Sequence record: SRR22947725_1806
Length of the DNA stretch: 55,342 nt
Reading direction: 5' to 3' (one strand)
A program made the translations under genes and the position numbers. Below the pieces are notes generated by a model. That model ran no database searches and was not told the origin of the DNA. It was given only the letters and a program-made list of their open reading frames with translations. Shown one piece after another: positions 8,847 to 19,695 of this stretch (position 1 is the stretch's first letter; each line of letters begins with the position of its first letter).

Positions 8847-9700
8847 GCCCCATACAGCCATCAGTGCAAGGGGCACCCCGTCCCGGATCCCCGTTCGCCG
8901 GTGTTGTCTCACTGCTCGGTCGAATCATGGCCTTCGCCCTGATTGTCGGCGCGGGCGTCGTGGGCTGGTTGGGCGTCGAAGAATCCGACTTGGACATTCC
9001 TTGGACACGTAACAGCGCATCGGTACTTGCGGCTTCCCTTCCGGACCTGGGCGACGGGCTCCCCGCTGCACGCCTCAACCCGCCAGCGCCATGGCGTCAG
9101 TTCGCCGTGACGTATCAGGACGCGACGCACACGAATCGGTTCTGGATCGACCTCGATTCCGGGCAATTCAGAGTTGAAACCACGCGCGACGGTGAAACGT
9201 CCGAAATCGAGATCTCTGGCGACCGCAGTTTCGCTCGAGAGCAAGCCGCAGCCGAATGGGTCGCGCGTGACGTTCAGGCGACTCGAGACATTGCCAGTTG
9301 GATGCCGATTGGTGTCGGACCAATGTTGCTGACCGATCTTGTGCCACCGAATACACTCGGATTCGTCAGTCTGGAGCTCGAGAGCACCAGTCGTGACGAG
9401 CGGGTCTATGAGATCGCCGTGGATGCTGCCACGTTGCAGGAGCAGCAGCCGCTTGCGCACCAGCGTTGGGTCGAAGCGACGAGGCTCGTCACTGGTACGT
9501 CTGGCGTATTCCGTATCAGGGTTCGTGAGGACGGCTTCATCGTGCAGATTGAGGGCGAGACATCCTCGCTCAGGTGGGATGCCCTCGAAGGCGGCGTGGT
9601 GTTCCTTTCACCGTTCGCGCTGGAGGCGCCACAGATTCCACCGACGGGACCGGTCGACGTTCCTCCGGCCTCTATTGGAGAACCTGCCGCTGGTAACTGA
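8843..9700 (+). CDS. Membrane-anchored hypothetical protein, paralog of the upstream gene (LppX/LolA-like fold suspected)
   Basis: ATGA overlap with the upstream gene; N-terminal TM helix; EIEISGDRSFARE...W...LLTDLVP...YEIAVD...IRVREDGFIVQI. Confidence 0.8.
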   Translation: MSPIQPSVQGAPRPGSPFAGVVSLLGRIMAFALIVGAGVVGWLGVEESDLDIPWTRNSASVLAASLPDLGDGLPAARLNPPAPWRQFAVTYQDATHTNRFWIDLDSGQFRVETTRDGETSEIEISGDRSFAREQAAAEWVARDVQATRDIASWMPIGVGPMLLTDLVPPNTLGFVSLELESTSRDERVYEIAVDAATLQEQQPLAHQRWVEATRLVTGTSGVFRIRVREDGFIVQIEGETSSLRWDALEGGVVFLSPFALEAPQIPPTGPVDVPPASIGEPAAGN

Positions 9701-9715
9701 GTACGCTCCGTTGCC

Positions 9716-10543
9716 GTGGACCGGCCGATTGGGATGTTCGACTCAGGCTTCGGTGGCCTGACCGTCGCACGCGCGACGATCGACCTACTTCCCGCTGAAG
9801 ATCTCGTCTATATCGGCGACACCGGCCGCTACCCGTACGGATCGAAGCCGCTTGATGACGTGCGTGGGTACGCCCGTGAACTGGCCCGGAGCCTGGTTGA
9901 CGATTATCACGCCAAGGCGATTGTCGTCGCGTGTAACACTGCGACTGCGGCCGGACTCGATGCGCTGCGCGCCGAACTCGATGTGCCGGTCATCGACGTT
10001 ATTGCTCCAGGCGCTCACGCCCTGGTGCGTACCACCACAACGGGCCGGGTTGGCGTGATCGGAACCGTCGGCACCGTGTCGTCGGGTGCCTACGTCCGGG
10101 CCATCGCAGCGAGCGGCGCACCGGTGACGCTTTCGAGCGCGGCATGTCCGGGTTTCGTCGAGTTTGTCGAGCGCGGTCAAACCGTCGGCGACGAGGTGAC
10201 CGTTCTTGCTGAGCGGCTCCTCGCGCCGGTTCGCGAGGCTGAGGTCGACGCGCTACTACTGGGCTGCACTCACTATCCATTCTTGGCGCGCACGATCAGC
10301 GATGTGATGGGCCAGGGCGTCACGCTCGTCAGCTCTGCCGACGAAACGGCATTCGCTGTGCAGCATCAACTCGCTGAGTTGGGTCTGCTGCGCACCGATG
10401 ATCGTCGCGGCACGCACCGATTCGCGTCGAGCGGAGACATCGATGCGTTCCGGGAACTTGGTCGCCAGTTGCTTGGCCCTGAACTCGACGAAACCGAGCC
10501 GTGGCCACCGGCACGCGGTTGTTCTGTCCCCGGCACAGACTGA
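9716..10543 (+). CDS. murI: Glutamate racemase
   Basis: [26 protein letters not shown]. Confidence 0.97.
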   Translation: MDRPIGMFDSGFGGLTVARATIDLLPAEDLVYIGDTGRYPYGSKPLDDVRGYARELARSLVDDYHAKAIVVACNTATAAGLDALRAELDVPVIDVIAPGAHALVRTTTTGRVGVIGTVGTVSSGAYVRAIAASGAPVTLSSAACPGFVEFVERGQTVGDEVTVLAERLLAPVREAEVDALLLGCTHYPFLARTISDVMGQGVTLVSSADETAFAVQHQLAELGLLRTDDRRGTHRFASSGDIDAFRELGRQLLGPELDETEPWPPARGCSVPGTD

Positions 10544-10568
10544 CCGCTCAGCCGCTACGTTGCGGGCC

Positions 10569-11339
10569 ATGACAGGATCAGCACCACGCCCTGACGGTCG
10601 CACCGCCGACGAGCTCCGACCGTTTTCGTTTCAGCGAGACTTCACCGAGATGGCCGATGGGTCGGTGCTCGTGTCGTTCGGCAACACCCGCGTGTTGTGC
10701 ACGGCGTCGATTGATGAGGACGTGCCGCGTTGGATGCGGGGCTCGGGCAAAGGCTGGGTCACGGCAGAGTATTCGATGCTGCCAGGTGCATCTCCAGAGC
10801 GCATCAACCGCGAGGCTGCGAAGGGGAAGCAGAGCGGCCGCACCGTTGAGATTCAGCGTCTGATTGGCCGGTCGTTGCGGGCGGCGTGCGACATGGAAGC
10901 GCTTGGCGAACGTCAGGTCATTGTTGACTGTGACGTCTTGCAAGCCGATGGCGGGACCCGTACGGCGAGCATCTGCGGAGGATTCGTGGCGCTTCACGAC
11001 GCGCTCGAACGTGTCGTGCAACGCGGTGACCTTGCGGTCAATCCGTTGCATTCGTTCTGCTCTGCGATCAGTGTCGGCATCGTCGGTGGTGTCCCTGTGC
11101 TCGACCTGCCGTACGTTGAGGATTCCATTGCGGAAGTCGACATGAATGTTGTGATGCTGCGCCCGGTCGCCGGTGGTGAAGCCAGCTTTGTCGAGGTGCA
11201 AGGCACCGCCGAAGGGATGACATTCAGCCGATCTCAGCTGGACTCGCTGCTCGGTCTGGCCGAAGGTGGTCTGACCTCGATCTCCGACGCGCAAGCCGCG
11301 CTTGTCGCCGAAGCCCCATCGGTTCGCCCGGCCCGTTGA
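10569..11339 (+). CDS. rph: Ribonuclease PH
   Basis: [42 protein letters not shown]. Confidence 0.97.
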   Translation: MTGSAPRPDGRTADELRPFSFQRDFTEMADGSVLVSFGNTRVLCTASIDEDVPRWMRGSGKGWVTAEYSMLPGASPERINREAAKGKQSGRTVEIQRLIGRSLRAACDMEALGERQVIVDCDVLQADGGTRTASICGGFVALHDALERVVQRGDLAVNPLHSFCSAISVGIVGGVPVLDLPYVEDSIAEVDMNVVMLRPVAGGEASFVEVQGTAEGMTFSRSQLDSLLGLAEGGLTSISDAQAALVAEAPSVRPAR

Positions 11340-11346
11340 CCCACTG

Positions 11347-11925
11347 ATGCTTCAGCTCGTCTGCGCGTCGGCCAATCCCGACAAGGTCGCGGAGATTCAA
11401 CAACTCCTGGACGGTGTCGTCAATCTGCTGCCGCGCCCGGCCGAGGTCCCTGACGTTGTCGAAGATGCCGACACCCTCGTCGGGAACGCTCGGTTGAAAG
11501 CTGCTGCGATCGTGGCAGCCACCGGTCTTCCCGCGGTTGCTGATGACACTGGGCTGTTTGTCGATGCACTCGACGGTCGGCCAGGTGTGCACACCGCGCG
11601 CTACGCAGGGGAGAGGTGCAGCTCTGCGGACAATCGAGCGAAAATGCTCGACGAGTTGAATGGTGCCCACCAGCGAGGCGCCCGGTTCATCACGGTGGCA
11701 ATGGTGATGTGGCCAGATGGCACCGAACTTGCAGTCGAGGGCGTGTGCCGAGGGCACATTGCGACGACCGAGCGCGGCGACGTCGGGTTTGGCTACGACG
11801 CCATCTTCGCTCCGGACGAAGCAGATGGACTGACCTTCGCCGAGATGGCGTCAACGGCGAAAAACGTGATCTCGCACCGCGGTCGAGCGTTTGCAGCGTT
11901 GCTCAGCGCGCTGGAGCAACGCTGA
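11347..11925 (+). CDS. rdgB: dITP/XTP pyrophosphatase (RdgB/HAM1)
   Basis: SANPDK, ADDTGL, PGVHTARYAG, GFGYD, ISHRGRA. Confidence 0.96.
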   Translation: MLQLVCASANPDKVAEIQQLLDGVVNLLPRPAEVPDVVEDADTLVGNARLKAAAIVAATGLPAVADDTGLFVDALDGRPGVHTARYAGERCSSADNRAKMLDELNGAHQRGARFITVAMVMWPDGTELAVEGVCRGHIATTERGDVGFGYDAIFAPDEADGLTFAEMASTAKNVISHRGRAFAALLSALEQR

Positions 11926-11942
11926 TCAGTTCGTGAGGCTCG

Positions 11943-12016
11943 TGCCGACGGCGGGACTCGAACCCGCACTGACAGGCACCTAAAGCCTGTGCCTCTGCCA
12001 ATTGGGCTACGTCGGC
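11943..12016 (-). tRNA. tRNA-Leu (anticodon TAG), 74 nt, short variable loop
   Basis: GCCGACG/CGTCGGC acceptor stem, anticodon arm CAGGC-TTTAGGT-GCCTG, T-loop GGTTCGAGTCC. Confidence 0.95.
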
Positions 12017-12101
12017 GTGCTCGCCCAGGCTAGAGGCCTCTGGGGTCCAGTGTGGCCGCTCTTGCCGCAAACAGTCGACGATCATGAGAGCGATGGGCGG
12101 A

Positions 12102-14548
12102 CTACCCAACGGGGATCCAGGCGCAGACAAGCTGCGTGACCTTGACGTCGGTCTTCTCCAGGCCGACGCTGAGCGTGGTGATGTTCTTGCCCAGTTCCAT
12201 CCACTTGGCGTCGATCTCGATGATTTCCTCCTCAAGCTCGATCTCCAGGTCCTCGACCTGCTGCACGAGGCGTCCCATCTTGTTCTCGGCGGACTCCAAC
12301 CGCTGCTCGGACGCGTTGGTTGTCCCGCGGCGACGAGCAGCGGTGCCCGCCTGGCCGAGCAGACCACCGAGGAGACCGCCCTTACTTTTGCGGCCGCCGA
12401 GCAGGCCGCCGAGCACCGAGCCGGCGGTTGATAACAGCTCACTGTTGCGTTTGCCTTTGGTCTGCTCTTCGAGCTCTTCGATGCGATCCTCGGAGGCCTC
12501 GATCTTGTCGCGCAGTGACCTCGCCTTGGTTTCGTACTTGTCACGCAGCTTGGCAATCTCGGCATCGGCTTGGTCATCGGCGGTCTTCATGCAACGGGCT
12601 TCGAATGATTCGGCATCCTCGCCCGGACGTCCGTACAGCTTCAACCCTGCGTTCGCCGGAAGTTCGAGGTTGAGGGTGCGGGTGAGCTGGTCCCGAATGT
12701 CGCGTTCCACTTGGGACCAGAACGTCTTGTTCGCAATCTTCGCGTCGGTGAGTCCGAACACGATCTTGTCCGGGGGGGTTGACGCGGCAAATCGCGATCG
12801 TCGTAGTTGACCTGCACGATCTGCGATGCGTCGATCTGCTCACGGAGGGGAAACAGTACGGCCTCGTATTCGTCGTCGTGAATGAGATCGGCTTTGGTCT
12901 CGTCGTATCGCAGTGCGACGCGCGCCACGACCGCCGCCTTGAAGCGTTCGCCGCGCTCATCGCCACCGACGTCTCCGAGCCAGGGGGCAGCAACATCGAC
13001 GTAGCGAACCGGTCGGCCGTCAGCCACTTCGGGCATGACGGCGGTCTCATCATCGCTCAACTCCGGGATGTCAACGGAGGCGGGGGCGGGGGTGGGACTG
13101 GTGGCGGGAGTGGGTGAGGAAGTTGCTGGAGCGGTTGCGGGCGCTGGCGTGACGTCCGCCTTCGTCGGTGCCATCATCGTGTCGATCTGGTCACGGGTCA
13201 TCGGGCCGCGGAGATATGACATCGCCGAGCGCGTCGTGAAGACCTCTGGTTGGTCCTGGCCAGCTCGGCGCAGCATGAACTCTCGCTTGCCGAGGCCCGA
13301 GATGGTGTCGCCAACAGCGTTGATGTCAACGCCACCCGCCGCTGAGGACATGCCGTCAAGGAGGCGCGCCTTGTCGCGGTCGGTCTGGAGCCGACCAATC
13401 ATCCAGGTGCCGGCATTGGAGATCGCCTTGTAGTCAATGTCGACAGGATTCTGCGTCGACAGAACAACGCCGAGGCCGAAGGCTCGCGCCTGTTTCATCA
13501 AGAGCATGATCGGCTTCTTGGTCGGAGGGTTTGCCGTCGGCGGTAGGTAGCCGGCGACCTCGTCCATGTAGAGCATGGCGCGCAGGTCGGTGGTGCCGCT
13601 CTGTGTGCGCATCCAGGTGACGAGCTTCGAGAGGACGAGCGAGGTGACGAATTGACGCTCGGTGTCTGACAGGTGTGCAGTCGTGATAATCGCACAGCGC
13701 GGCTTTCCGTCCGGGGTGTACATCATCGACTGCATGTCGAGCGGAGCGCCGGCACCCCAGGCCGCGAATGACGGCGAAGCGAGCAGTCCGTTGAGCTTCA
13801 TCGCCAGTCCCATGCGGTCGCTTTCAGGGAAGAACTGGTCGAGCTCGAACACACCGAGCTTGCGAATTGGAGGCGTCGCCACTTGCCCGACCAGCGTCAT
13901 TAAGTCGATGGCCTTGCCCGCTTGCCACGAATGATGGATCAGGTTGGACAAGAGGATGTGTTCGCGACTCGACAGCGGATCGGCGTCGATGTTGACGAGG
14001 CCGAGCAGGCCAGTCACGTAGCCCTCGATCTCGTCGCCGACGACCTCGGCATCGTTGAGGTCGGCCGGCACCTGCAGCGAGCCGACGATGTTCAATGCCA
14101 CGCCAGATTGTGATCCTGGTGTGTAGATCGTGAAGTCGGCTTTTGCGCGCAGGTTGCCGATGTCGGCGCCACTGAGCCCCCAGCTGCCAAGTCCCTTCGT
14201 CCAGAGTTCGGACTGGCTCGCTGCGAACTCGTCGGGTGTCTGGCCGGCGTTCTTCGCTTGGGCCTCGTCGATCCAGGGGCGGAAATCGGTAGGAGCAAGA
14301 TCGGGAAAGGTCAAGCAGAGGTTGGTGAGGTCGCCCTTTGGGTCGATGGCAATCACCGGAAGCCCCGCCTGGAGAGCCTCTTCGATGACGATCACGCCAA
14401 GTCCGGTCTTGCCCGAGCCGGTCATGCCCACGATGACGCCGTGGGTCGTCAGCTTGTCGGTGGCCACGCTGACGTGGCTCGAAGCGTCATCGGTGGTGCG
14501 CTCGTGCGTCGCTGGATCGATCGCGCCACCCAGAAAGAGGTCTGCCAT
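12102..14548 (-). pseudogene. HerA/DUF87-like (FtsK/HerA superfamily) ATPase with a C-terminal coiled coil; one frameshift near 12772-12791
   Basis: THGVIVGMTGSGKTG (Walker A), IDPKGD, LYMDEV (Walker B), KQARAFGLGVVLSTQNP. The C-terminal 219-aa ORF continues in another frame across a G7 run. Confidence 0.8.
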
Positions 14549-14689
14549 GCCGGGAGAGTAGTCCCAGGCAAGAGTCCGTCCCGTCATGTGCCGACCACGC
14601 TTGTTCTTCGACCTGGGAGGGGTGGCGGCAAGATTGGCGATGGCGTCCTCTGGGATTTCGACCTCGGTGCATGCGCCTACGATCGGGCC

Positions 14690-15877
14690 ATGGCAACTGC
14701 TCTCGGACCTGACATCCTCGCTGCTTCCTCCGCCCTCGATGGTGAGACGATCGAATTGCGCAGAAGCATCCATGCCGATCCGGAGCTGGGTCTCCAGCTC
14801 CCGCGAACTCAACAACGGATCCTCGACTCGCTGACAGGGCTTGGGCTCAGCATCACGCTCGGAGAGGCGACGACATCCGTGGTCGCCGATCTCGATACTG
14901 GCAAGCCTGGGCCGACCGTGCTGCTGCGGGGCGACATGGATGCCTTGCCGCTCCAGGAGGACTACGAATCTCCTTTCCAGTCCAAGATCGAAGGTGCGAT
15001 GCACGCCTGTGGCCATGACTCCCATGTCGCCATGTTGGCAAGCGCAGCCCGACTGCTCAGCGAGAACAAGAGCGAACTCACCGGCAAGGTTCGCTTCATG
15101 TTCCAACCAGGAGAAGAGGGCTTTCACGGTGCCAAGTACATGATCGAAGAGGGCGTGCTCGATGGCGTCGACCGAGCCTTTGCGATTCACGTCTTCACCA
15201 ACTTCGCCGATGGTGTGATCACCACGAGGGGCGGATCACTGATGGCCAGCGCCGATCGGTTCGAGATCACGGTTCACGGTGAGGGTGGTCACGCCTCGGC
15301 TCCGCACCACTGCGTCGATCCGATTCCCGCTGCAGCAGCAACGATCACCGGTCTCCACACGATGGTCAGCCGCTCGTTGGACCCCGCCCTGAGCGGGCTC
15401 GTGACGGTCGCACATATCGAAGCGGGAACCACCAACAACGTGATTCCGCCGAACGCGTACATGGAAGGAACCATTCGGGCTCTTGACGAAGGGACGAGGG
15501 CGAGGATCCATTCGGACCTCGTTCGCGTTGCCGAGGGCACGGCTGCAGCCCACGGTTGCTCCTGCACATCGGAGATCATTCCGGGCTATCCGGTCACCAT
15601 CAATCATCAGGAACAAGCCGATCTCACATTGTCTGTGGCCGAGGGTGTGCTCGGATCGCAACAGGTGACCGAGATGCCACGGCCACTGCTCGGAGCAGAG
15701 GATTTCAGCTATGTGCTGCAGCACGTTCCCGGAGCAATGGCATTCATGGGCGTGTGCCCCGAGGATCTGACGCCTGCGACCGCCGCTCCCAACCACTCCA
15801 ACTTGATGCGAATCAGCGAGAAGAAGTTGGCCAACGGCGTTGCTCTGTATGCAGCTATGGCGATGGCGGCAGAATAG
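14690..15877 (+). CDS. M20D amidohydrolase (hippurate hydrolase/aminoacylase-like)
   Basis: IHADPELG, LRGDMDALP, MHACGHD, FQPGEEG, GGHAS, AEDFS; TACGAT 6 nt before ATG. Confidence 0.93.
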   Translation: MATALGPDILAASSALDGETIELRRSIHADPELGLQLPRTQQRILDSLTGLGLSITLGEATTSVVADLDTGKPGPTVLLRGDMDALPLQEDYESPFQSKIEGAMHACGHDSHVAMLASAARLLSENKSELTGKVRFMFQPGEEGFHGAKYMIEEGVLDGVDRAFAIHVFTNFADGVITTRGGSLMASADRFEITVHGEGGHASAPHHCVDPIPAAAATITGLHTMVSRSLDPALSGLVTVAHIEAGTTNNVIPPNAYMEGTIRALDEGTRARIHSDLVRVAEGTAAAHGCSCTSEIIPGYPVTINHQEQADLTLSVAEGVLGSQQVTEMPRPLLGAEDFSYVLQHVPGAMAFMGVCPEDLTPATAAPNHSNLMRISEKKLANGVALYAAMAMAAE

Positions 15878-15881
15878 GGCC

Positions 15882-16544
15882 ATGGCATTCTCTGGGCTCC
15901 CGATTGACGGCATTGAGTTCTACGAGGAGCTCACTGCTGACAACTCGAAGGCCTTCTGGCAGGCCAACAAGCATCGGTTCGTCGAACACGTCAGGACGCC
16001 GATGGCGGAACTCGCTGAGGAGCTTGCCGACTACGGGCCGTTCCACATGTTCAGACCTCACAATGACCTCCGGTTCTCGAAGAACAAGCCGCCGTACAAG
16101 ACCCATCAGGGCGCGTATGGCGAACTCGAAGGCGGATCAGGTCACTACATCCAGTTCTCTGCCGAGGGCTTGATGACCGGAGCCGGCTACTACGCAATGG
16201 CAAAGGATCAGCTCCAGCGGTTCCGCGAGGTGATCGATGCGCAGAGTACCGGCGAGGAGATCGCTGGGATCATCGTCGAGATGCGTTCTTCGAAATACGA
16301 CATCAGCGCCATCGATCAGCTCAAGACGGCGCCGCGTGGGTATCCGAAGGATCACCCTCGCATTGAGCTGCTCAGGATGAAGGGCTGTATCGCCGTGAAG
16401 AGTTTCGGTGCGCCGAAGTGGATCCACGGGGCAGGTGCGGCGAAGAGAATTCGGGATGTCTGGGTTGGAGCGCAGCCGCTCACCGACTGGCTCGACGCCC
16501 ACGTCGGTCCGAGCACGCTCCCTCCAGACGACCGGCCGTTCTGA
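15882..16544 (+). CDS. DUF2461 family protein
   Basis: DNSKAFW, FRPHNDLRFSKNKPPYKTH, LKTAPRGYPKDHPRIELLR. Confidence 0.88.
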   Translation: MAFSGLPIDGIEFYEELTADNSKAFWQANKHRFVEHVRTPMAELAEELADYGPFHMFRPHNDLRFSKNKPPYKTHQGAYGELEGGSGHYIQFSAEGLMTGAGYYAMAKDQLQRFREVIDAQSTGEEIAGIIVEMRSSKYDISAIDQLKTAPRGYPKDHPRIELLRMKGCIAVKSFGAPKWIHGAGAAKRIRDVWVGAQPLTDWLDAHVGPSTLPPDDRPF

Positions 16545-16609
16545 CCGAGGTGAGCGAAGAAATCTTCGATGGTGTCGCCCATTGCCGTGGACTTTGACAG
16601 AATGTAAAA

Positions 16610-18151
16610 GTGATCAATACCGACGAAGCTTCCGCTGCGACCACCGATGCACTTGAGAACCAGTTCGGTTTGGCTGACAGGATTGTTGACGATGCAGCGG
16701 TGGCCAACTCTGTGCAACGGTTTCGTGAGCAGGGCATCACCCTGCCGACATTTGCGCAGCTTGCCGATCCGTCCACGTTCGATCAGGCGGAGAAGGTGGG
16801 CGATGCCGACCCCCAGGGTCCTGACGCACGCAACCTGTGGCGCGTCCACTGGTACAACGACCTGCAGGGGAACCGCGTCGACGTCCCGGAGCACGTCGTG
16901 CTCCCGTCAACGCTGACGGGGGTCGCGTCGCCGATCATCGTCGTGTTCGGCGACCGCTTCCCGATGATCACCGCCCACAAGGTGCTGGCTGCCTACTCGT
17001 GTCTCGCCCCTCGCGTCGTCACCGGCCAGTTCGACCCGACGGTGCACCGTGCCGTGTGGCCATCAACTGGCAACTACGCCCGAGGTGGCATCGCGATCTC
17101 GAAGATCATGGCGAGTCGTGGCGTTGCGATTCTGCCCGAAGGCATGAGCCAGGAGCGGTTCGACTGGCTCGACACATGGTGTGCCAATCCTGAAGAAGAT
17201 GTGATCAAGACGCACGGCACCGAGTCGAACGTCAAAGAGATCTACGACGCCTGCAACGAGTTGGCAAAGGATCCGGGCAACTTCATCCTCAACCAGTTCT
17301 CGGAGTTCGGTAATCATCTCGGTCACTACAACGTGACGGGACGTGCGCTCGGCCACGTCTTCGAAACAGTGCGCGATGAGTATGGCCTCGTCGGACGCGA
17401 CCTTGAGCTGGCGGCGTTCACCTCGGCGACCGGATCAGCCGGAACGATCGCCGCCGGCGACCGACTCAAGGAGGAGTACGGGGCCAAGATCGTGGCTGTC
17501 GAAGCCCTGGAGTGCCCGACGATGCTTGAGAACGGGTACGGCGAGCACAACATTCAAGGCATCGGCGACAAGCACATCCCACTGATCCACAACATCGCGA
17601 ACACCGACGTCGTCGTCGGTATCTCCGATAAGGCAACCGATGAGTTGGATCTGACGTTCAACACCGAGGCCGGACGGGCATATCTCGCTCAATCCCAGGG
17701 TGTCTCACAGAGCCTCGTCGACAAACTCGAACACTTCGGGTTCTCGGCGATCGCAAACGTCCTCGCGGCGATCAAGACTGCGAAATTACTGAACCTCGGC
17801 GAAGACCAAGCGCTGATCACCGTCGCCACCGATGGCGCCGCGCTGTACCCGAGTGAGCGAGCCAAGCTGCTCGAACGGCAGTACGGCAACGAGTTCACCA
17901 CAACCGATGCCGCCGCAGCCGTCGGCGAACATCTCGGTGCGGCATCCACGGACCACATGATCGACTGCACCGACCTCGACCGTCGCCGGCTGTTCAATCT
18001 CGGCTACTACACATGGGTCGAGCAGCAGGGCACGCCGTTTGACCTGTTCGAGGCTCGACGCTCCCAGGATTTCTGGCGAGGATTGCGTCGATACACCGGC
18101 GTCTGGGACGGCATGATCGACGACTTCAACGCACAGGTCGCAGCAGGCTGA
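16610..18151 (+). CDS. Fold-type II PLP-dependent enzyme (long cysteine-synthase-like family, function uncertain)
   Basis: AHKV lysine, [28 protein letters not shown]. Confidence 0.85.
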   Translation: MINTDEASAATTDALENQFGLADRIVDDAAVANSVQRFREQGITLPTFAQLADPSTFDQAEKVGDADPQGPDARNLWRVHWYNDLQGNRVDVPEHVVLPSTLTGVASPIIVVFGDRFPMITAHKVLAAYSCLAPRVVTGQFDPTVHRAVWPSTGNYARGGIAISKIMASRGVAILPEGMSQERFDWLDTWCANPEEDVIKTHGTESNVKEIYDACNELAKDPGNFILNQFSEFGNHLGHYNVTGRALGHVFETVRDEYGLVGRDLELAAFTSATGSAGTIAAGDRLKEEYGAKIVAVEALECPTMLENGYGEHNIQGIGDKHIPLIHNIANTDVVVGISDKATDELDLTFNTEAGRAYLAQSQGVSQSLVDKLEHFGFSAIANVLAAIKTAKLLNLGEDQALITVATDGAALYPSERAKLLERQYGNEFTTTDAAAAVGEHLGAASTDHMIDCTDLDRRRLFNLGYYTWVEQQGTPFDLFEARRSQDFWRGLRRYTGVWDGMIDDFNAQVAAG

Positions 18152-18168
18152 AAGCGCAGCACGCGCAC

Positions 18169-19446
18169 ATGGACGACACGCCGATGGCCGTGACCGGATG
18201 GCGTTGCGCCACGTGCGGCGCCGAGGTTCCCGTTGCGACGCCGCTCGCATTCCGCTGCCCAAACGCGACAGCCACTGACCGGTGCCACGTCCTGCAGATC
18301 GTGAGCGGTCCGCGGGTTGATCCGCCCGAGCGGCAGGCGAACACATTTGTCACCGACGACCAGAACTTGGCGTGGGCTGCCTTCGCCGAGGCGAATGGCA
18401 TGGCTCGAGCACGCCGGAACGAGTTGGTCGAAGAACTCGACGCCGCAATCCGTGACGTTGACGGTGCCAGCTTCGTCGCGACGCCGTTTGCGCGATCCGA
18501 CGTGCTGTCCGACGAGCTCGGCATGTCCGCTCGCGGTGGTATCTGGGTCAAGGATGAAACCGGGGGAGTGGGTGGCAGTCAGAAGGCGCGATTCCTCTTC
18601 TCGATTCTGCTCCACCTCCGAGCTGCTCAAGAGCTGGGGTTGTTAGCCGACCGGCCCCCGCTCGCGATTGCATCGTGCGGGAACGCTGCGCTCGCCGCAG
18701 CAACTCTGGCGAAGGCCGCCGAATGGCCGCTCGATGTGTACGTGCCCACCTGGATGAGCCATGGGTTCGGCGACCGGCTGGACGAACTTGGCGCACGGGT
18801 GCATCGCAGCGAGCGACGCAACGATGACCCGGCAGGCGATCCGGCGATGCTGCGTTTCCGAGATGCCGTTGCCGAGGGAGCGGTGCCCTTCACCGTGCAG
18901 GGCCCCGAGAACGCGCTGTGTCTCGACGGCGGCCGAACGCTCGGCTGGGAAGTTTGCGAGCAGGCAACGGCAGCTGGCATCGCGCAGATCGATCGGGTCT
19001 TCATTCAAGTTGGAGGTGGAGCGTTCGCGGCCGCCGTCGGAGGGGCGATGAACGATGTTTGTGGGCCGGCGCCGTTGTTCGCTGTGCAGGCCGAGGGGTG
19101 CGCACCGTTCGAACGGGCCTGGAGACGGTCTGAGGGCATTGAGCGCCCGGCCGAGAACTGGGCCCGGATCATGACGGTCTGGGACGGCCCGTCCTCGCTC
19201 GCCGATGGCATTCTTGACGACGAGACCTACGACTGGATCGGCGTACTTGAAGCTGTGCGCTCAAGCGGCGGTCGCCCGGTCATTGCCACTGAAGAGCAGG
19301 TACGCGAGGCCCATGCGCTGGCCCATCGAGCCGGCTTCGAGGCAAGCCCGACTGGCACTGCGGGTCTGGCCGGAGTTCTGGCCGCACGCGCCGAGATTGA
19401 TGATGACGAGCAGATCGTGGTCGTGATGAGCGGTGTGACGCGCTGA
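18169..19446 (+). CDS. Threonine-synthase-like PLP enzyme with an N-terminal Cys cluster
   Basis: CATCG...RCP, VKDETGGVGGSQKAR, IASCGNAA, QVGGGA, SPTGTAGLAG. Confidence 0.85.
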   Translation: MDDTPMAVTGWRCATCGAEVPVATPLAFRCPNATATDRCHVLQIVSGPRVDPPERQANTFVTDDQNLAWAAFAEANGMARARRNELVEELDAAIRDVDGASFVATPFARSDVLSDELGMSARGGIWVKDETGGVGGSQKARFLFSILLHLRAAQELGLLADRPPLAIASCGNAALAAATLAKAAEWPLDVYVPTWMSHGFGDRLDELGARVHRSERRNDDPAGDPAMLRFRDAVAEGAVPFTVQGPENALCLDGGRTLGWEVCEQATAAGIAQIDRVFIQVGGGAFAAAVGGAMNDVCGPAPLFAVQAEGCAPFERAWRRSEGIERPAENWARIMTVWDGPSSLADGILDDETYDWIGVLEAVRSSGGRPVIATEEQVREAHALAHRAGFEASPTGTAGLAGVLAARAEIDDDEQIVVVMSGVTR

Positions 19447-19455
19447 GTCCCGCCC

Positions 19456-19635
19456 GGGTGGAGGCGGCTCGACGTCTGCTTCCAGCCAACCGCCACCTCG
19501 TCGGGCCCCGGACCTTCGTTGTTCTGTCCGAACAGCAAATCTCCGTGCGGGCCCGAGTGGGACCCGCACGGTCTGCGCAGCGGGGTTCCCGGGCGACGAG
19601 CCGATCGTCGAAGGTCAAAAGCCGGCGCCCACGGA
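19456..19635. ncRNA. Candidate structured non-coding RNA (family and strand unassigned)
   Basis: Nested complementary pairs GACCTTCG/CGAAGGTC, CCGTGCGGG/CCCGCACGG, GGGC..CCGG/CCGG..GCCC, plus a flanking GGCGG/CCGCC hairpin in a 250-bp intergenic region. Confidence 0.4.
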
Positions 19636-19695
19636 TATGACTTCTCAGAGGAGGAGTACGTCCGTCAAGAGGGCGTCCGGCGGTAGCCTGACCGG

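Noticed and set aside
11943-12016. tRNA with TAG in the loop as an amber suppressor explaining the in-frame TAG codons
   Set aside because: Anticodon UAG reads CUA/CUG (Leu); a suppressor would need anticodon CUA.
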